Assembly: GCF_018350175.1 (NCBI RefSeq)
Contig: NC_058384.1
Location: forward strand, 58,652,001-58,716,000
Origin: Felis catus
Taxonomy: Eukaryota
Direction of reading: 5' to 3'
Length of the DNA: 64,000 nucleotides
The stretch's first letter is position 1, and every line of letters begins with the position of its first letter. Shown here one piece after another: positions 34,681 to 47,690 of the stretch. A program made the translations under genes and the position numbers. The notes under the pieces were generated by a model, which saw only the letters and a program-made list of their open reading frames with translations, made no database searches and was not told the origin of the DNA.

Positions 34681-36274
34681 GGGGTGCCGGGGCAAGACAG
34701 ATCTGACCCCCGGAGAGGGGCATGTTCACAACCCTCCTCTGCACGAGATCATTTGCACCCGTTCCAAGCAAGGTTGCATTTGCCTTTCCCTGGGCACAGA
34801 GAGTCACAAAAACTCCACCTACCACCGTGGGCTCATTGTCCAGTTCGAGAAACTGAGTCGGGTGGGGGGAGGGGCCACCCCGGTAAAAGAGACCTTGGAA
34901 GAAAGGGGAGCCAGGACCTCCGGGCCCTCTCCTTGCTGGGGATGCTCGTGGGGATGCTCGTGGCAACACGGTGTGGATTGTGGCAGGCTCTGCTCAGATG
35001 ACCAGAACAGCCTCCCCACGGTCACCTGGGGCCAGGCAATAACAGACAAGGGGGTCAGGGGCGGGGGGCTGTGGAGGCGTGGACAGCACAGCTCCCAGCT
35101 GAGGGCAGGCCCACTCCCCAGCTTCCGGCAGGCCTCCCACCAAGAAATACATGCAGGGGTCACCAAATCTGCCTTTGTAAGAAAGCCAGAGAATGCCCCT
35201 CCCCTGCAGCGTATTTATATTTTGGTGCAAATTCAAATTCCTTGAAGGAAAGCAAAAGGGGAGGGAGGAGGAGAGGACAGAGGGTAGGAGGGAAGGAGGA
35301 GAGGGGGAAGGGAAGAGAGAGGAAGAAAACCTCTGAGGATCTCTTCACTTGCGCACTGGGGCTCCAGGAATTTAGGCCTCTGGGCTGGGGATTAGGCAAA
35401 CATCCCTGAGGGGGTTGAGCCTTCGGTGCCCACACTAAGGAGCCAGGTCCACCCTTCCTCCCAGGGGCAGTTGAACTTCTCTCCACTTGGAGAAGTTCAG
35501 TCTCCTCCAATAGTGGAGAGCTGGAGACCGTGTACCCCGCCACTGCTAATATTTTGAGCCCCTTCAGGCCAATGCCGGCCATTTGGCTCCTGGCTGGGGG
35601 CACGAGGCGGATCCCCCTCCTGCCCAGGGAAGAGCTGGCCCTGAGCCTTCTGCCAGTCTTGCCATCCACGGGCCGCACCCACTCTTGTGTTTCTGCTCCG
35701 GCTTTCTCGCCATCAGCTGCAGAGGGAGCTAGCACTGCGGGCACAGCCGGGGAGCAGACAGCCCAAGTTCAAGGGGCCACTTTGGGCTGCCAAGAGGAAT
35801 TTCCCCCTGTAACCTGTCAGGTGCAGACAAGCTGCAGGAAGCTCATGTAACATTTTCACCATATGCCGTTTGGAAATAACCCTGTTCCACAGGGAAAACC
35901 TTCAAAAGACTTTTCTTGGTAAACAGACCTAATGATCGAGATACGCGAAGTCCTGAAGCCCAGAGGCTGTCAAGGTTTTACACACTACCAGTTCTGTCTT
36001 ATCTCCTGGGCACCGTGGACTGGAACATAAGCTACAGCTAAGCACTAAATTTATTAGACATATGTCAGCATCTGTCCGTCAGAAGTGGGAGGGCCTCCCT
36101 GCCAGCTGGACCACTCTCTGGTTTAGGGAAAGATTGAAATTGTCCAGAATGTCATCTGAGGATATTAAAAAGGGCTGTGCTGCACGGGTTTTGATTTCTC
36201 TGCTTCTACCTAGTCAGAAACAAAGCGCAGAAGCACAGATATCGATCACCTGAAAATCATTTAAAAAATAATTT

Positions 36275-36299
36275 ATGCATGCACATGCACGCGTGCGCA

Positions 36300-36345
<46 letters not shown>
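36275..36345. repeat. Alternating purine-pyrimidine tract (CATG/CG/CA)n
   Basis: TATGCATGCACATGCACGCGTGCGCACGCG(CA)~21. Confidence 0.97.
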
Positions 36346-36347
<2 letters not shown>

Positions 36348-36559
36348 GTCCAGGTGAATAAACATCAGAATGTTTGCAATAGTTGTCTTCAAGTGGTGGA
36401 ATAAAGGGTGATTGATTTTATTTAACTTTTGTGTCTGATTTTATATTCTAAATGTTCTATCACGAACACTTAGTCATAATGATCACTCTTATTAATAATT
36501 CTAATTAGTCATAAGAAAAAAAATCAATGCTGAAAAAAATGAGCTTACACAACGGATTC

Positions 36560-36968
36560 GTTGGCTAAGGTTGCTGCAACAAAATAATACACACGAGGAG
36601 GCTTCAATGTATTCTCTCCCAGTTCTGGAGGCTGTTAGCTTGACATCAAGGTGTCAGTAAGGTTGGTTCCTTCTAGAGCCTCTCAGGGAGAATCTTGGTG
36701 CCTCTCTCTTGGCTTCTCCTGGGTGTTTCTTGACTTACAGGCACATCAGCCCAGTCCCTGCCGCTGTCTCCACAAGGCTTGCTCCCTGTGTGCACATCTG
36801 TGCCTCCACTTGGCCTCCTTATGAGGACAACAGTCCTTGAGTCTAGGGCCCAGTCTTGGATGTGGGGACACCTACCCTAATCTTAACTGATTATATCACA
36901 AAAACCTTATTGGATATTCTGAGGTTCTAGTTGGACATGAGTTTGGGGGAGACGCTATTCAACGTGCA
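36560..36968 (-). mobile_element. MLT1B/C-type MaLR solo LTR
   Basis: GGTTGCTGCAACAAAATA...CAGTTCTGGAGGCT...ATCAAGGTGTCAGTAAGGTTGGTTCCTTCT...CTATTCAAC. Confidence 0.8.
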
Positions 36969-37331
36969 ATGAAGTGGATTAATCCACTATTAAGCCTTCA
37001 CTCCTGGGAAAGGGTGGTTTGGCTACCGGAATGACATGGCGGGCCTCTCCTTCAGCCCATGTGTGCTAAGGAGTGAAGCCTGCCACACAGTCCAGTAGAC
37101 AACATCTGCGACCCGTCAGAACCCACCCCCCCCCACACACACACACACACATTTCCCAGGACCACTGAGCCCTGGAGGGGCCCCTGGTATCAGTGAAAAG
37201 CCCAGGAATCGCCCTGTGGCACCATGGGCAGTAGAGTGCTGCATCTACTCAGTGTGTGTTACACTTTTGTAATGTGTGTGGATGCTATTAGGATTCGTGA
37301 ATTACAAAGCCCTTTTAAACTATTAACATCC

Positions 37332-37515
37332 GGTGCCTGAGTGGCTCAGTCAGTTAAGCATCCGATTTCAGCTCAGGTCATGATCTCACGGTTCATGAGC
37401 TCGAGCTCCACATCAGGCTCTACGCCGATGATGCGGTACCTGCTTGAGATGCTCTGTCTTCTCACTCTGCCCCTTCCTCCCTCTTTCTCTCTCTCCAAAT
37501 AAATTTTAAAAAACT
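37332..37515 (+). mobile_element. CanSINE
   Basis: Diverged full SINE. Confidence 0.88.
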
Positions 37516-37719
37516 AAAAATCTATGAAATAAAGTATTGCTAGCATATATTTTCTCTGCCCGTGGGTACAGAAAGTAAGGAGCTGTGGTGCGTGAGTCTG
37601 TGAAATATTTGATGACAAAATGATTTCTTGTAACTCGGAAAGGTTGGGAATCCCCACCCGACATTTTCATCTACAACAGACTATCTGTGGGATGAGAGGC
37701 TTTACCATGATGTTTTGTG

Positions 37720-37900
37720 TATCCTGTAGCAGGTATTGGGCAACAGTCTTTCATGACTATTTTTCTCATAATCTTGGAAGCAATCCCAAGGGCAATCATC
37801 CCACTTTTCAGATGAGGAAACTGAGGCTCAGAGAGGTTACACAATCATGGATCACATAGCTAGGAAAGGGTAGTGGTGGGATAAGAATTTGGAGGTCAGT
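37720..37900 (-). mobile_element. MIR
   Basis: CCCACTTTTCAGATGAGGAAACTGAGGCTCAGAGAGGTTA core. Confidence 0.85.
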
Positions 37901-38536
37901 GCTCCTGGGGCATAGACAGTAGGGTGCTGTGACTCTTTCAGAAGCTCTGCCGAAGTGTCATTACCGCCCCCTTTAGCAGCGGATAAACCATCAGAAACCT
38001 ACACCCTGGGACCACTCTGTTGTGGTTCCCCACACACTGTCTCTCCCAGAGGAACATATTAGGGCTGTGGCCTCTGGGAGGGACCCCTTACCAGCCTTAG
38101 TAAGGGCATTTCTTTTTACTGAGAAACACAGCCCACCCCATCTCTCTGTGCCTGGCACACGAAGCCTCGGTGACATTCTTGCAGAGCTAAGTAACAGAGA
38201 CCTAAGTTGCCTTCCTCTAAAGAGCTGATGTGTTTTCTTCTTACAGATGAGAAGAACGGGGTTTGCCTGGGTTTCCATTTTCTGTATTCACATCTGACCA
38301 CTCAATCCCAGTAAATTATGATCTGAATTTCTGTCATACAGTCCCCCACCCCCACCCCAGACTTGGCTTACTTCTCCCATTTATATTTTTTTATATTTTT
38401 ATATTGTCTCCACTTCTGTTTTAATTTACAACTTACTCTTGGGTTAGGTATCTTTCTGAAAATCTGCCTTTTATCCAGAAATCTTTTTATCAAACAGGTA
38501 GATAATATATATTTTTTTAATATTTGTATGGTTCTT

Positions 38537-38647
38537 TTTTATTTATTTATTTATTTATTTATTTTTTCAACATATGAAGTCTATTGTCAAATTGGTTTCC
38601 ATACAACACCCAGTGCTCATCCCAAAAGGTGCCCTCCTCAATACCCA
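38537..38647 (-). mobile_element. L1_Fc-type 3' end, about 110 bp, with 19-bp TSD
   Basis: Perfect TSD TAATATTTGTATGGTTCTT at 38518 and 38648; (TAAA)n tail on minus strand. Confidence 0.93.
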
Positions 38648-39037
38648 TAATATTTGTATGGTTCTTACACAGGAGGGGAAAGGACTTTGGACCGACCAAC
38701 CTTTGGTATCTGCTCCCGCTGGCCCCTTTTTCTCGGGTACCTCCAACAGGCCGAGACCCACATAACCTGCCAGCTGCCCTGGGACCTCACTTCTGCTGAC
38801 TCCAGTCCTCAAACTCCTTGCCTTTCCTTACCCTCCCATCTTGGAGATTCCTCTGGCTTAGGTCTTGCATTAGATCTCTGTCTTCAAATGAGACATTACC
38901 TTTTGCCTTCATTAAACAGGCAAAAAATTTAACTGCCAAATGAATTCATGAGTTATGCCCCGCAGGTAACATACATCTCAACTTAAGAAGGAAAACCGCT
39001 GGTTTCAACAAAGACTCAAGCTTTCTTTAAAAATATA

Positions 39038-39255
39038 GGGGCACTTGGGGGGCTCAGTCAGTTAAGCATCTGACTTCAGCTCAGGTCATGATCTCACAGT
39101 TCATGAGTTTGAGCCCCACATCGGGCTCTGTGCTGACAGCTCGGAGCCTGGAGCCTGCTTGGGATTCTGTGTCTCCCTCTCTCTCTGCCCCTCCCCTGCT
39201 TGTACTCTGTCTCTCTCTCTCTCAAAAATAAATAAAAGATTTTTAAAAATTTTTA
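39038..39255 (+). mobile_element. CanSINE
   Basis: Full SINE. Confidence 0.93.
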
Positions 39256-41639
39256 AATAGACCTAATTTGTGGGAGAAAAAGTAGCGCAAGGCTACCAAC
39301 TTGGTCAACTTAACAATTTGAAATCAAGAGGGCTGAGCCCTCTAAGCTCTGCACTTTCTCAAACCTAAGCCAGACTCCCAAGAAGTTGTTAATATACAGT
39401 TTGGGTCTTCAATCCGGTAGAAATGCAAACATTCTAAAACGCAAGACCAAATAAAGGGTATAGAAAATGTTAAGAACCTGAGTCCAATTCCAATTCAACT
39501 ATAGTTGTAGTGACCATCTTCCGTGTGGCCTAAAGTACTGGAGTGTGAGTTTAGTTAATCCTCTAGCCACTTTGTGACCTTTTTTCCCAAAGCTCTTCTG
39601 CAACACCAAACCCATCTGGAGTGGAAAAGTGGAAAATGGCCTCTGCTCTGCTCCAGACATGTGACTTTCTGCCCTGGGACCAGAGGGAAGAATCGGTCAT
39701 GCTTAAACAAACACCCGTGGCACCCCACCACGTGGCCAGATCCCTGGGCTGGAACACGGCGCCTCGTTAGCCTACCCTTTCCGTGTGTCCACACCTGGAT
39801 CAGCACCATTAGCACTGCCCGGCAAGCAAGCTTCTCAGAAGACAAGAGCTGAGGTCAAAGAGAATGACAAGAACTCAGCAAACCCCTCCCCCACTCCCAC
39901 CCCCGGGTAGCTGAGCAGGCATAGGCAAAATGAACTGCCCAGGTACAACAGTGCCTGGAACCATCAGATAGAGACTCCACGGCTTGGAAATTAGGAAAGA
40001 GCCAGTCCACCTGTGTCTAATGGGCATCTACGCTAATCCAGGAAAGCCATTAGGATGGCCCCTACTTTCAGGAACATCATTCTCGCCAACTGGTCCCACC
40101 AGTGTTTACCCTTCCTAGGAAGGAAAATTGTCACACAAGCCCCTGTAAGGACCTACAAGACAGATACAAACCTCCTGGCCTTTGACAGCCTCTACAGCCA
40201 GGGTCATTAAGACTCCTATCCCCCCGTACAGAACATAAACTCTCGCACACAAGACAAAAGTTGCATGCCATTCACTGGCACGGACATGGCAAAACCATGC
40301 AGGGTGCCATCTTGCCACTCCCTGGCTCAACACTGTTTTACAAGGCAAGATTCACGCCACTATCAGAATGCATAAAGCTTTATTCTTGGGTGATCATAAT
40401 TTCGGTGAAAACATTGGGAAATGGGGGCAAGCAAACATCCATTGGAATAGATTTTGTAAGGTGTGGGAACAAAGATAGGACATTACTTTGGATCATTTGG
40501 TTGTCGAACTCAGGGCAAATAAGAAGAGTCATTAAAAATTTTTCCTAAGAAAGTATCTTTGTACTTGATTCCAGAAGGAAAAGAAACTCCTACAATAGTT
40601 TCACCAAAGTGTTGAAGCCTGGACTCCGAGAGCCCTAGAAATCCCATGCATTTGTGTATACGTGCTTTGTTATGGAGACAGAAGCCGTATCTGTCACCAG
40701 AATCTAGAGGGGTTTCCCATTGATCTAGTGCCCAATGCCCTTAGTTTATGGATAAAAACCTGACACCCCAAAATGAATCCACATTGCAATAGCTGAAGTT
40801 TGGCCAGACCCTGGCCGCGTACTTTACATTGCGGCCTTTCCGTTATTTTCAGGAAGAGTTTGAGACTTCTGTGCAAAGTTAGCCAGACCTCTCTAACTGA
40901 CACTGCCCCGTAAGAATCCGTATAAATCTGCCATCAGCTTGGAACACAGACGGGCTTCGGAAAGCAGGCCTGCCTAACAGGAACGGGCAGCACCATGCCA
41001 CAAAATTAGTCATTACGTAAGCCTTTAAGTCCAATTCCGCAGTCTCTTGACACTTGGGGAATTCTTCAAAGAGGCTAGAAAATTGGCAGTGCATCCCCTG
41101 TCCTCGTGGGCATTTTTATTAAATTATAAGCGGATGCATATTCTTATATTGAAACCAGCGCAAGGAAGCAGCTCTGGACTGCTTGGCTCTCTGTGCAAAA
41201 CTCACTTCCAATTATCACGATCCGTATTGAATTGTCCCACCTCCCCCCCTCCTTGGCATCACAGCTTCTAGGAAACATGAGGCACAAAAAGCAAGAGCAA
41301 TTATTACACCATCACCCCAAACATAAATCAGTAGTCACAAATGATCCCATGTTCTTATGTTGTTGTTCCTGGCCCTTGTCTAGACCATATGGAGTCAAAC
41401 TTGGCTTTTCTTCCTTTGTTTTAAAATGTTACTACTGCATAAAAACCATCTTTGTAATTAATTCAGGAGCTTGGGTCTCCATTGACACCTGATAGCATGC
41501 ACCATGCCCAAGTCCTCGAGGTGATGGGGTCTCCCCAGGAACTCTTTCCAATGCCCTCCCTCTCAGCCAGGCTGACTTCTGAAATATGACCATCTAAATG
41601 TGTAGGTCACCACATTGGAATGTTTAACAAGTCCATGAT

Positions 41640-41860
41640 CTTCATGGTAACAAAGACTACGAACATTCATTGTACTGAGCTATACATTAAGAAATGTGCT
41701 GAGCACGTTTATAAAAATCTCAGTTAATCCTAATAGTTTACGAAGCAGGTGATTTTTACTTTCCATTTTACATAGGAGGAAACTGACATTTAGAAACTCG
41801 AAGATCATAAGCCTGCAGTAGCAGAGTTAGAATTTAAATTGAGCTTTATAAGCGCTTCTC
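41640..41860 (-). mobile_element. MIR
   Basis: CATTCATTGTACTGAGC...CCATTTTACATAGGAGGAAACTGA...GCAGAGTTAGAATTTAAA. Confidence 0.7.
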
Positions 41861-42118
41861 TTCACCACCTTACTACTACCCAATACAATTAATATGAGCT
41901 TCTAGGCTAGCAGTTTTACTCAGATGTGGTCCTTGTTGGTAACAGGTTCTCTAATTGGGAGAATAGACAAACACAGATATATTCTGAATTACCAGGATAT
42001 ACAAGAATTTAGCCATCAGCTGCAGGAGAATTTAATTTGTTATTGGTCCACACTGAAACCCACTGTTTATTGAGCATTTACTATGTGATTAATAAAGCCA
42101 CTGTGCTAGGTATTTTTG

Positions 42119-42428
42119 TTTTTGTTTTTGTTTTCTTTTTTTTCAATATATGAAATTTATTGTCAAATTGGTTTCCATACAACACCCAGTGCTCATCCCA
42201 AAAGGTGCCCTCCTCAATACCCATCCCCCACCCTCCCCGCCCTCCCACCCCCCATCAACCCTCAGTTTGTTCTCAGTTTTTAAGAGTCTCTTATGCTTTG
42301 GCTCTCTCCCACTCTAACCTCTTTTTTTTTCCTTCCCCTCCCCCATGGGTTTCTGTTAAGTTTCTCAGGATCCACATAAGAGTGAAACCATATGGTATCT
42401 GTCTTTCTCTGTATGGCTTATTTCACTT
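42119..42428 (-). mobile_element. L1_Fc-type 3' end inserted in a MIR, with 17-bp TSD
   Basis: TSD TGTGCTAGGTATTTTTG at 42102 and 42429; includes the ORF2 C-terminal stub (AAGTGAAATAAGCCATACAGAGAAAGACAGATACCATATG on minus). Confidence 0.93.
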
Positions 42429-42989
42429 TGTGCTAGGTATTTTTGAATTATATACTATCTCCAATACTTTACTTCAAGTATGATTTCATATTTCAGATGA
42501 AAGGAAACAAACATAAAAATGTTAAGCGACTTGCCCAAGGTCATATAACTAGTGATCCAGGTCAGGATTTGCTAGTTTCCATACTTTCCATATGCCCCCT
42601 GTGCCTCGTATACATCTGTGAGTTCTCTCATTTTACGTGTGTGATGTGAGCAGCGCTAAGTGCCCACCAGTCTCTATTGGTGGAACACAAGGCGGGGTGG
42701 GTCTACATGCACCTGATGCCCTCTGCGGGCAGCATCCATGTTCGGAGCCAGGGACGCTGGGTGTGGAAGGGCAGTCAATACCAAGGTGTTTCACTTTCAG
42801 GTAGTTGGTTGCGATACAAAACCCAGCCACCTAGCCCACTCTGAAGGAAACTCCTGGTCTTACAATGGTACGTGCAATCCAAATGAGTCAACCTGTAGAA
42901 ACCAAACTCTTTCAAGACCACAGTGTTGTTAATCACATGCAAAACCATGGAACAGTGAAAAGAATATGGGCTGTAAATTCATACAAACC

Positions 42990-43196
42990 TCGTGGTGTCC
43001 TGGTAAAGGTTTAATAACCAGCTCTCCAGTAGGGAGGAGGTTCTGATTTGTAGCATTGGTCCATTTCTATAGTATAAATACTCCCATCGTGGCTCATCTC
43101 AAGATGTCAAGAGAAAGTCGCTGAACACAGAGTTGGTCAAAGATGTTAATAATTGGCTCTCGGGAGCTGATGCTAGCCAGCACCAGCACACCCCAG
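42990..43196. mobile_element. MER63A (hAT-Blackjack MITE) inside a MIR
   Basis: TIRs GTGGTGTCCTGG / CCAGCACACC; internal CTGATTTGTAGCATT...TAAATACTCCCA. Confidence 0.85.
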
Positions 43197-43484
43197 CTTG
43201 TAACTGCCCAATGTAAGGTCTGGGGCAAACCATGGAGCCTTTCTGGGCCTCAATTTCCACTTGTAGATGGTGGGGAAGATAATGCCGCTAGACAGGATAG
43301 CACAACAGAGAACTATTAGCAGGAGTACAAGATCATCTTTCCCCACTTTCTGAAAGAGCTGCACACACAAAGCATTCTGACAAGAAGAGGCAAAGGAACA
43401 TTTGACTGTAAACACAACCTATGCTTCTGAACTCAATTAGGAAGAATTTGATAAGATGCGTTGTATACTGTGGCCAAGGTTAGT

Positions 43485-43624
43485 ATCCTATCCCATCCCA
43501 TCCCATCCCATCCCATCCCATCCCATCCCATCCCTTCCATCCCATCCCATCTTATCCCATCCCATCCCTTCCATCCCTTCCATCCCTTCCATCCCATCCC
43601 ACCCCATACATCTCATCCTATCCT
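43485..43624. repeat. (ATCCC)n pentanucleotide repeat with (ATCCCTTCC) variants
   Basis: Direct reading; the minus strand is (GGGAT)n. Confidence 0.95.
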
Positions 43625-43901
43625 GCTATCTTAAGCCCACATCTTAGGATCTGCTCACCCTCTGCCAACCTCATGAAGGAGAGAGAGAGACTGAAAAGAA
43701 ATGAATAGGGCCAAGATGTGTGGCCAAGCCTGCCCTACGCTAGCAAGATGTAGGCCAGCCTGGCAGCATGAGTGCAAGAAAGGAGCAAGAGGACAGCAAG
43801 GTAACCAGGCTCCCTCGCTTGGCAAAAAGGAACCAAGCCCTCTACCCTTCCTGCTATATAGAAGGGGAAGCACGGGGGCACCCCCACACTCAATAACTTT
43901 T

Positions 43902-44123
43902 TTTTTTTAATTTTTCTTTTCAACGTTTATTTATTTTTGGGACAGAGAGAGACAGAGCATGAACGGGGGAGGGGCAGAGAGAGAGGGAGACACAGAATCG
44001 GAAACAGGCTCCAGGCTCTGAGCCATCAGCCCAGAGCCCGACGCGGGGCTCGAACTCACGGACCGCAAGATCGTGACCTGGCTGAAGTCGGACGCTTAAC
44101 CGACTGTGCCACCCAGGCGCCCC
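43902..44123 (-). mobile_element. Young felid SINEC_Fc-type CanSINE
   Basis: Nearly identical to the 22921 copy; CpGs intact; TSD AACTTTT (43895, 44124). Confidence 0.97.
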
Positions 44124-44374
44124 AACTTTTAACCCGCAGTGATTCACATACTGGCACTGAGGCCCACTCAGCACTCAGCTCCTTTAGATTAGCACCTGGG
44201 ACGGCAGACGATCTGCTTGACCTTTGCACTTAGGCTGTGTGGTGGCCAGGAAGACTAAATGACATTAAGTGAAGCACAAGGTTAGGGCCAGAGTGGTGCC
44301 GCCCTGTTTCATCACCCACCTTTTCCTCACCTGAGTGGGTCTGAATGAATTTCTGGCTGTTAAGAATAAAAAGA

Positions 44375-44584
44375 GGGCACCCAGGTGACTCAGTCTGTTA
44401 AGCATCCGACTTTGGTGGCTCAGGTCGTGATCTCACAGTTCGTGAGTTCAAGCCCCACATTGGACTCTCTGTGGTCAGCAAAAAGCCTGTTTTGGATCCT
44501 CTGCCCCCCTCTTTATCTGCCCCTCCCCTGCTCATTTTCTCTCCCTCTCCCTCTTTCAAAATAAATAAATAAACTTTTTTTAAA
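44375..44584 (+). mobile_element. CanSINE with TSD
   Basis: TSD AAGAATAAAAAGA at 44362 and 44585. Confidence 0.93.
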
Positions 44585-45775
44585 AAGAATAAAAAGAAAA
44601 GAAGTTAAGTCTATTTGTGGTTACATATAACCCTTGTAACCAGGACCCCTCCACATCGAACCCACCATCAAATAATGAGGTTGATTTACTATTTTGAAGA
44701 ATTTTCAAAAGGACATGTTTACTGTGTGCTCAGAAGATAGACATCAAAGTGCACTTAGCAAGGGCGATAGTGTTGAAATGAGCCACTGAGTCCCGAACTG
44801 CCCATTCTCAAGGGAAAATGGATTCTGATGTTTAAGTTCTCACATGGTTGTGTGAAAGTCAGTCACATTACTTCGTACTAATGGCTTTTTTTTTAAATAT
44901 GAGTCACATTAGTTCAGCAAATGAACCATATTAAATTAAACACGACGTGAAATTACGTTCATTCTGTGTCGAGAAGCCAATGAGTATGGGGATGTTTTTA
45001 ACTCTGATTTTGCCTTTCACCTTGTCTTTCCAGCACCTGCAATTCCTTACATCTCTGGTCTCCCTGTCGTGATCTCCATGATGCAAATGTGTGCTGAGAT
45101 CCATCAACTGGAAAGGAGTTTTCTGGATTTGTGTGTGTTATCTCTAATTCGCTGGGGCCGGAGGGTGGCAAGTCCCAGTTCTGTTCAACAGAGCTGTGAC
45201 AGCGTGCCACACTGAAGAGCAAGTGGGGGATCTGACTGACCTCCTTCCATGTTCCCTAAGTCCCGAAGACTTTCTGTCCTTTTAATTTCCACCACAGGTG
45301 ACAGGGAGGAAAAGATAATCTGCCTGCCTAAAATACATCCAAAATGTCTAGGCAAGGAACCTAAATAGAATATATCTCCCTTGGCACAAAGAACTAATGT
45401 CACAGCCAAAGGAAAAGGGATTGTGACCTGGCTGACAAGGGCAGAAAAAGTGGGGAGGTCCCAAGGGGATCCCTGGCAAGGATCCTTTTTCTGTCTGTGA
45501 CACACCGTCCCATGACGAGGTGTGCTGTCTCAGAGCCCAGTGAATTTTGGGAGTCTGAAGAATTCTAAGTGAATTGCATGAAAATAATGAATTTAAATAA
45601 CTGAAAAAAGCCACCCATCTTTTCTGGACTAATATCTTGCGTGTGTGCAGACATTAGGGAACTACAAAGAGGGTGGAGTGAGGTCTACACAGCAGACACA
45701 CTTTCCTACAGCCAGGCCAGGAAGCAAGGTTGCCAGACCGTGAGATCACTCAGGCTCTGGGTCAAGTTTCTAAAG

Positions 45776-45988
45776 ATGCACTGTCCAATATGGTAGTCAC
45801 TAGCCACATGTGGCCATTTACATTTAAATTTAAATAAATTAAAAGGAAAGGAAATGAAAACATTCGGCTCCTCGGCTGCACTAGCATATTTCCAGTGCCC
45901 AACAACCCCATGAAGCTAGTGGCTACCATCTTGAAGAGTATAGATACAAACATCTTTATCATCACAAAAGTTCTATTGGACAGCACTG
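45776..45988. mobile_element. MER3 (hAT-Charlie MITE)
   Basis: TIRs GCACTGTCCAATA / TATTGGACAGCACTG; 8-bp TSD TTCTAAAG / GTCTAAAG. Confidence 0.88.
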
Positions 45989-46857
45989 GTCTAAAGTACA
46001 CAAATGTACATAAAAGTCCAAGAACCTTCCAATCCTTTACGGGATGCTGTTTCTAGACTAAAACCCCCTACTCAGGTTTTCAAACAGTTGATCCGAGCAA
46101 ATAGAGATAAACAGGATTTGTTCTTCTTTTGTGGCCGGCCCAGATGTGTTTTAGGAAACAAAGAAGTTTTAATGTTAATTTCATGCAATTTACTTTTTTT
46201 TTCATAGGAAAAGGTAAGGAAACCCACCCATATAAATCCTCAAGCACACAACACTGCAAAAATTTGCCCAGCAACTCCTTTCTCTATAAGCAATGCAAAT
46301 TTACACATAAATTACCTCAAAGAGGCAAATTTTTAAAAATCTGATTTCAACCATTCTCAAAAGACAATTAAGAGAAAAAGAGTGCTGGGCTAATTGCCTA
46401 TCGCGGACAAGGGTCCTGGTGGAGACTTGCTGGGCTACTTAGGCTAGTTTGAGCACAGAACGTACTCAAAAAGTACTATTTCAGGACCACTTCGTATACG
46501 TGTGTGTGTACAGAGACGTGTTGTGTGTGTGCATCAAAGTTCTGCTTTTCAGAAACAGACTGTGCCCTTTTCAGTGGAGTTAGGTTACTTCATGATTTCT
46601 ATTAGCACTACTTTTCTTCAAGAGGGAGAAGTCGACAGCCGGGCCAGATTTTCTCCTGGAAGGTTCCACAGGGTGGGGCAGCCCTCCTTCTCCGGTGATT
46701 GGCATCCTACATCTCTGCTCTGGGCTTCTTAATGATGCCCGGTTGGCTGGAGTCACAAACTATGTAACAACTCTCATGACCATCTGCCTGGCTCTCGGTG
46801 CCTGGGGGAGACACAGAAGGCCCACCACACCCTATGTGAGGGCAGTGTTGTTGTGAC

Positions 46858-47264
46858 GTGTGGCAGTCTCAGGGCTGCTCACCAAATGTTCTCAGCTCTC
46901 TGTCTTCCAGACATATGGATCTCACACGGGGCCGCTTATGACCTGGCAGGACCCGAATCATAAATCGTGTGGCGGCTTCCAACCAGTGATGTGTGAGGAG
47001 AGGTGTCATGTGACCACATTGGGCCAGAGCACTTCATGGATTTGTGGGACGCTTCAGAGGTCTGTTTCCCCCCATCGAGCCACAGAGACCATTCATATTT
47101 TAGACAGTGACTTTTCTGTCAGCCTGAGGCCTAGAAAGATAGTAAAGCAGAAAAAAACACTTGCTCAATTGCAGTAGACACATGAATCAAAAATCAACTT
47201 CTGTTAAGACACTGAGTTTTTGAGTTGTTACCAATGCATGATCCAGCCCAACCCCACTGACACA
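46858..47264 (+). mobile_element. MLT1 (I/J-like) MaLR solo LTR
   Basis: TGTGGCAG start; CTGTCAGCCTGAGG; end TGTTAAGACACTGAG...GTTGTTACC...CCAGCCC...CTGACACA. Confidence 0.7.
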
Positions 47265-47584
47265 TGGGATAAGTAAGAGTAGGGGGTGGGAGGTGTAGAC
47301 GGACAACATTTCTAACACGGGGTTGTGCAGTGGGTGTTCCCATTCGGCCAACAACAGGCAGGTGCCCACTGCTCAGCAAATGCCACTAGGCCAGTATTGT
47401 GGGGGGTCTGGAAGGTGGGTCCTCTTCCCTCCAGGAGCCTGTAATCTAGTGTAGAGACAGAAGCCTAAAATAAACTCTATTTTAATGGGATGAATCCTAT
47501 TCTAGCCGTATACACAAAATGCTATAGCAGCTCAGAATAGACTTCAGTAGTTTATCTCACAAAATTCACGGACGGTTGCCACTA

Positions 47585-47690
47585 GAGGTAGGTTCCCCGA
47601 GAAGCAGACTCTGCGACAGAGATCTGTATGCAGGAAGTTTGCTTCAGTGGGGAGCGCTTTGGGGATCAATACCCGTGGGAGAATGGAAGA
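47585..47690 (-). mobile_element. ERVL LTR16/LTR33-like 3' fragment
   Basis: AGGTTCCCCGAGAAGCAGACTCTGCGACAGAGATCTGTATGCAGGAAGTTT...GGGGATCAATACC. Confidence 0.65.

Noticed and set aside
34937-34963. Short perfect tandem duplications (TGGGGATGCTCG x2; also CAGTACTGTCC x2 at 55871 and GCTAGCCACAC x2 at 17638)
   Set aside because: Ordinary slippage duplications with no sign of function
34560-35760. CpG island / gene promoter
   Set aside because: GC-rich but CpG still looks depleted relative to GpC by eye; not computed
34490-35850. Longest ORFs (159, 189, 194 aa) in a GC-rich stretch
   Set aside because: Overlapping on both strands, G/P/R/S-biased, no recognisable domain, partly over L2 and purine-rich low complexity; expected from high GC
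47577-47594. CTCF-like CCACTAGAGGTAG
   Set aside because: Lacks the core GGC and overlaps an LTR end
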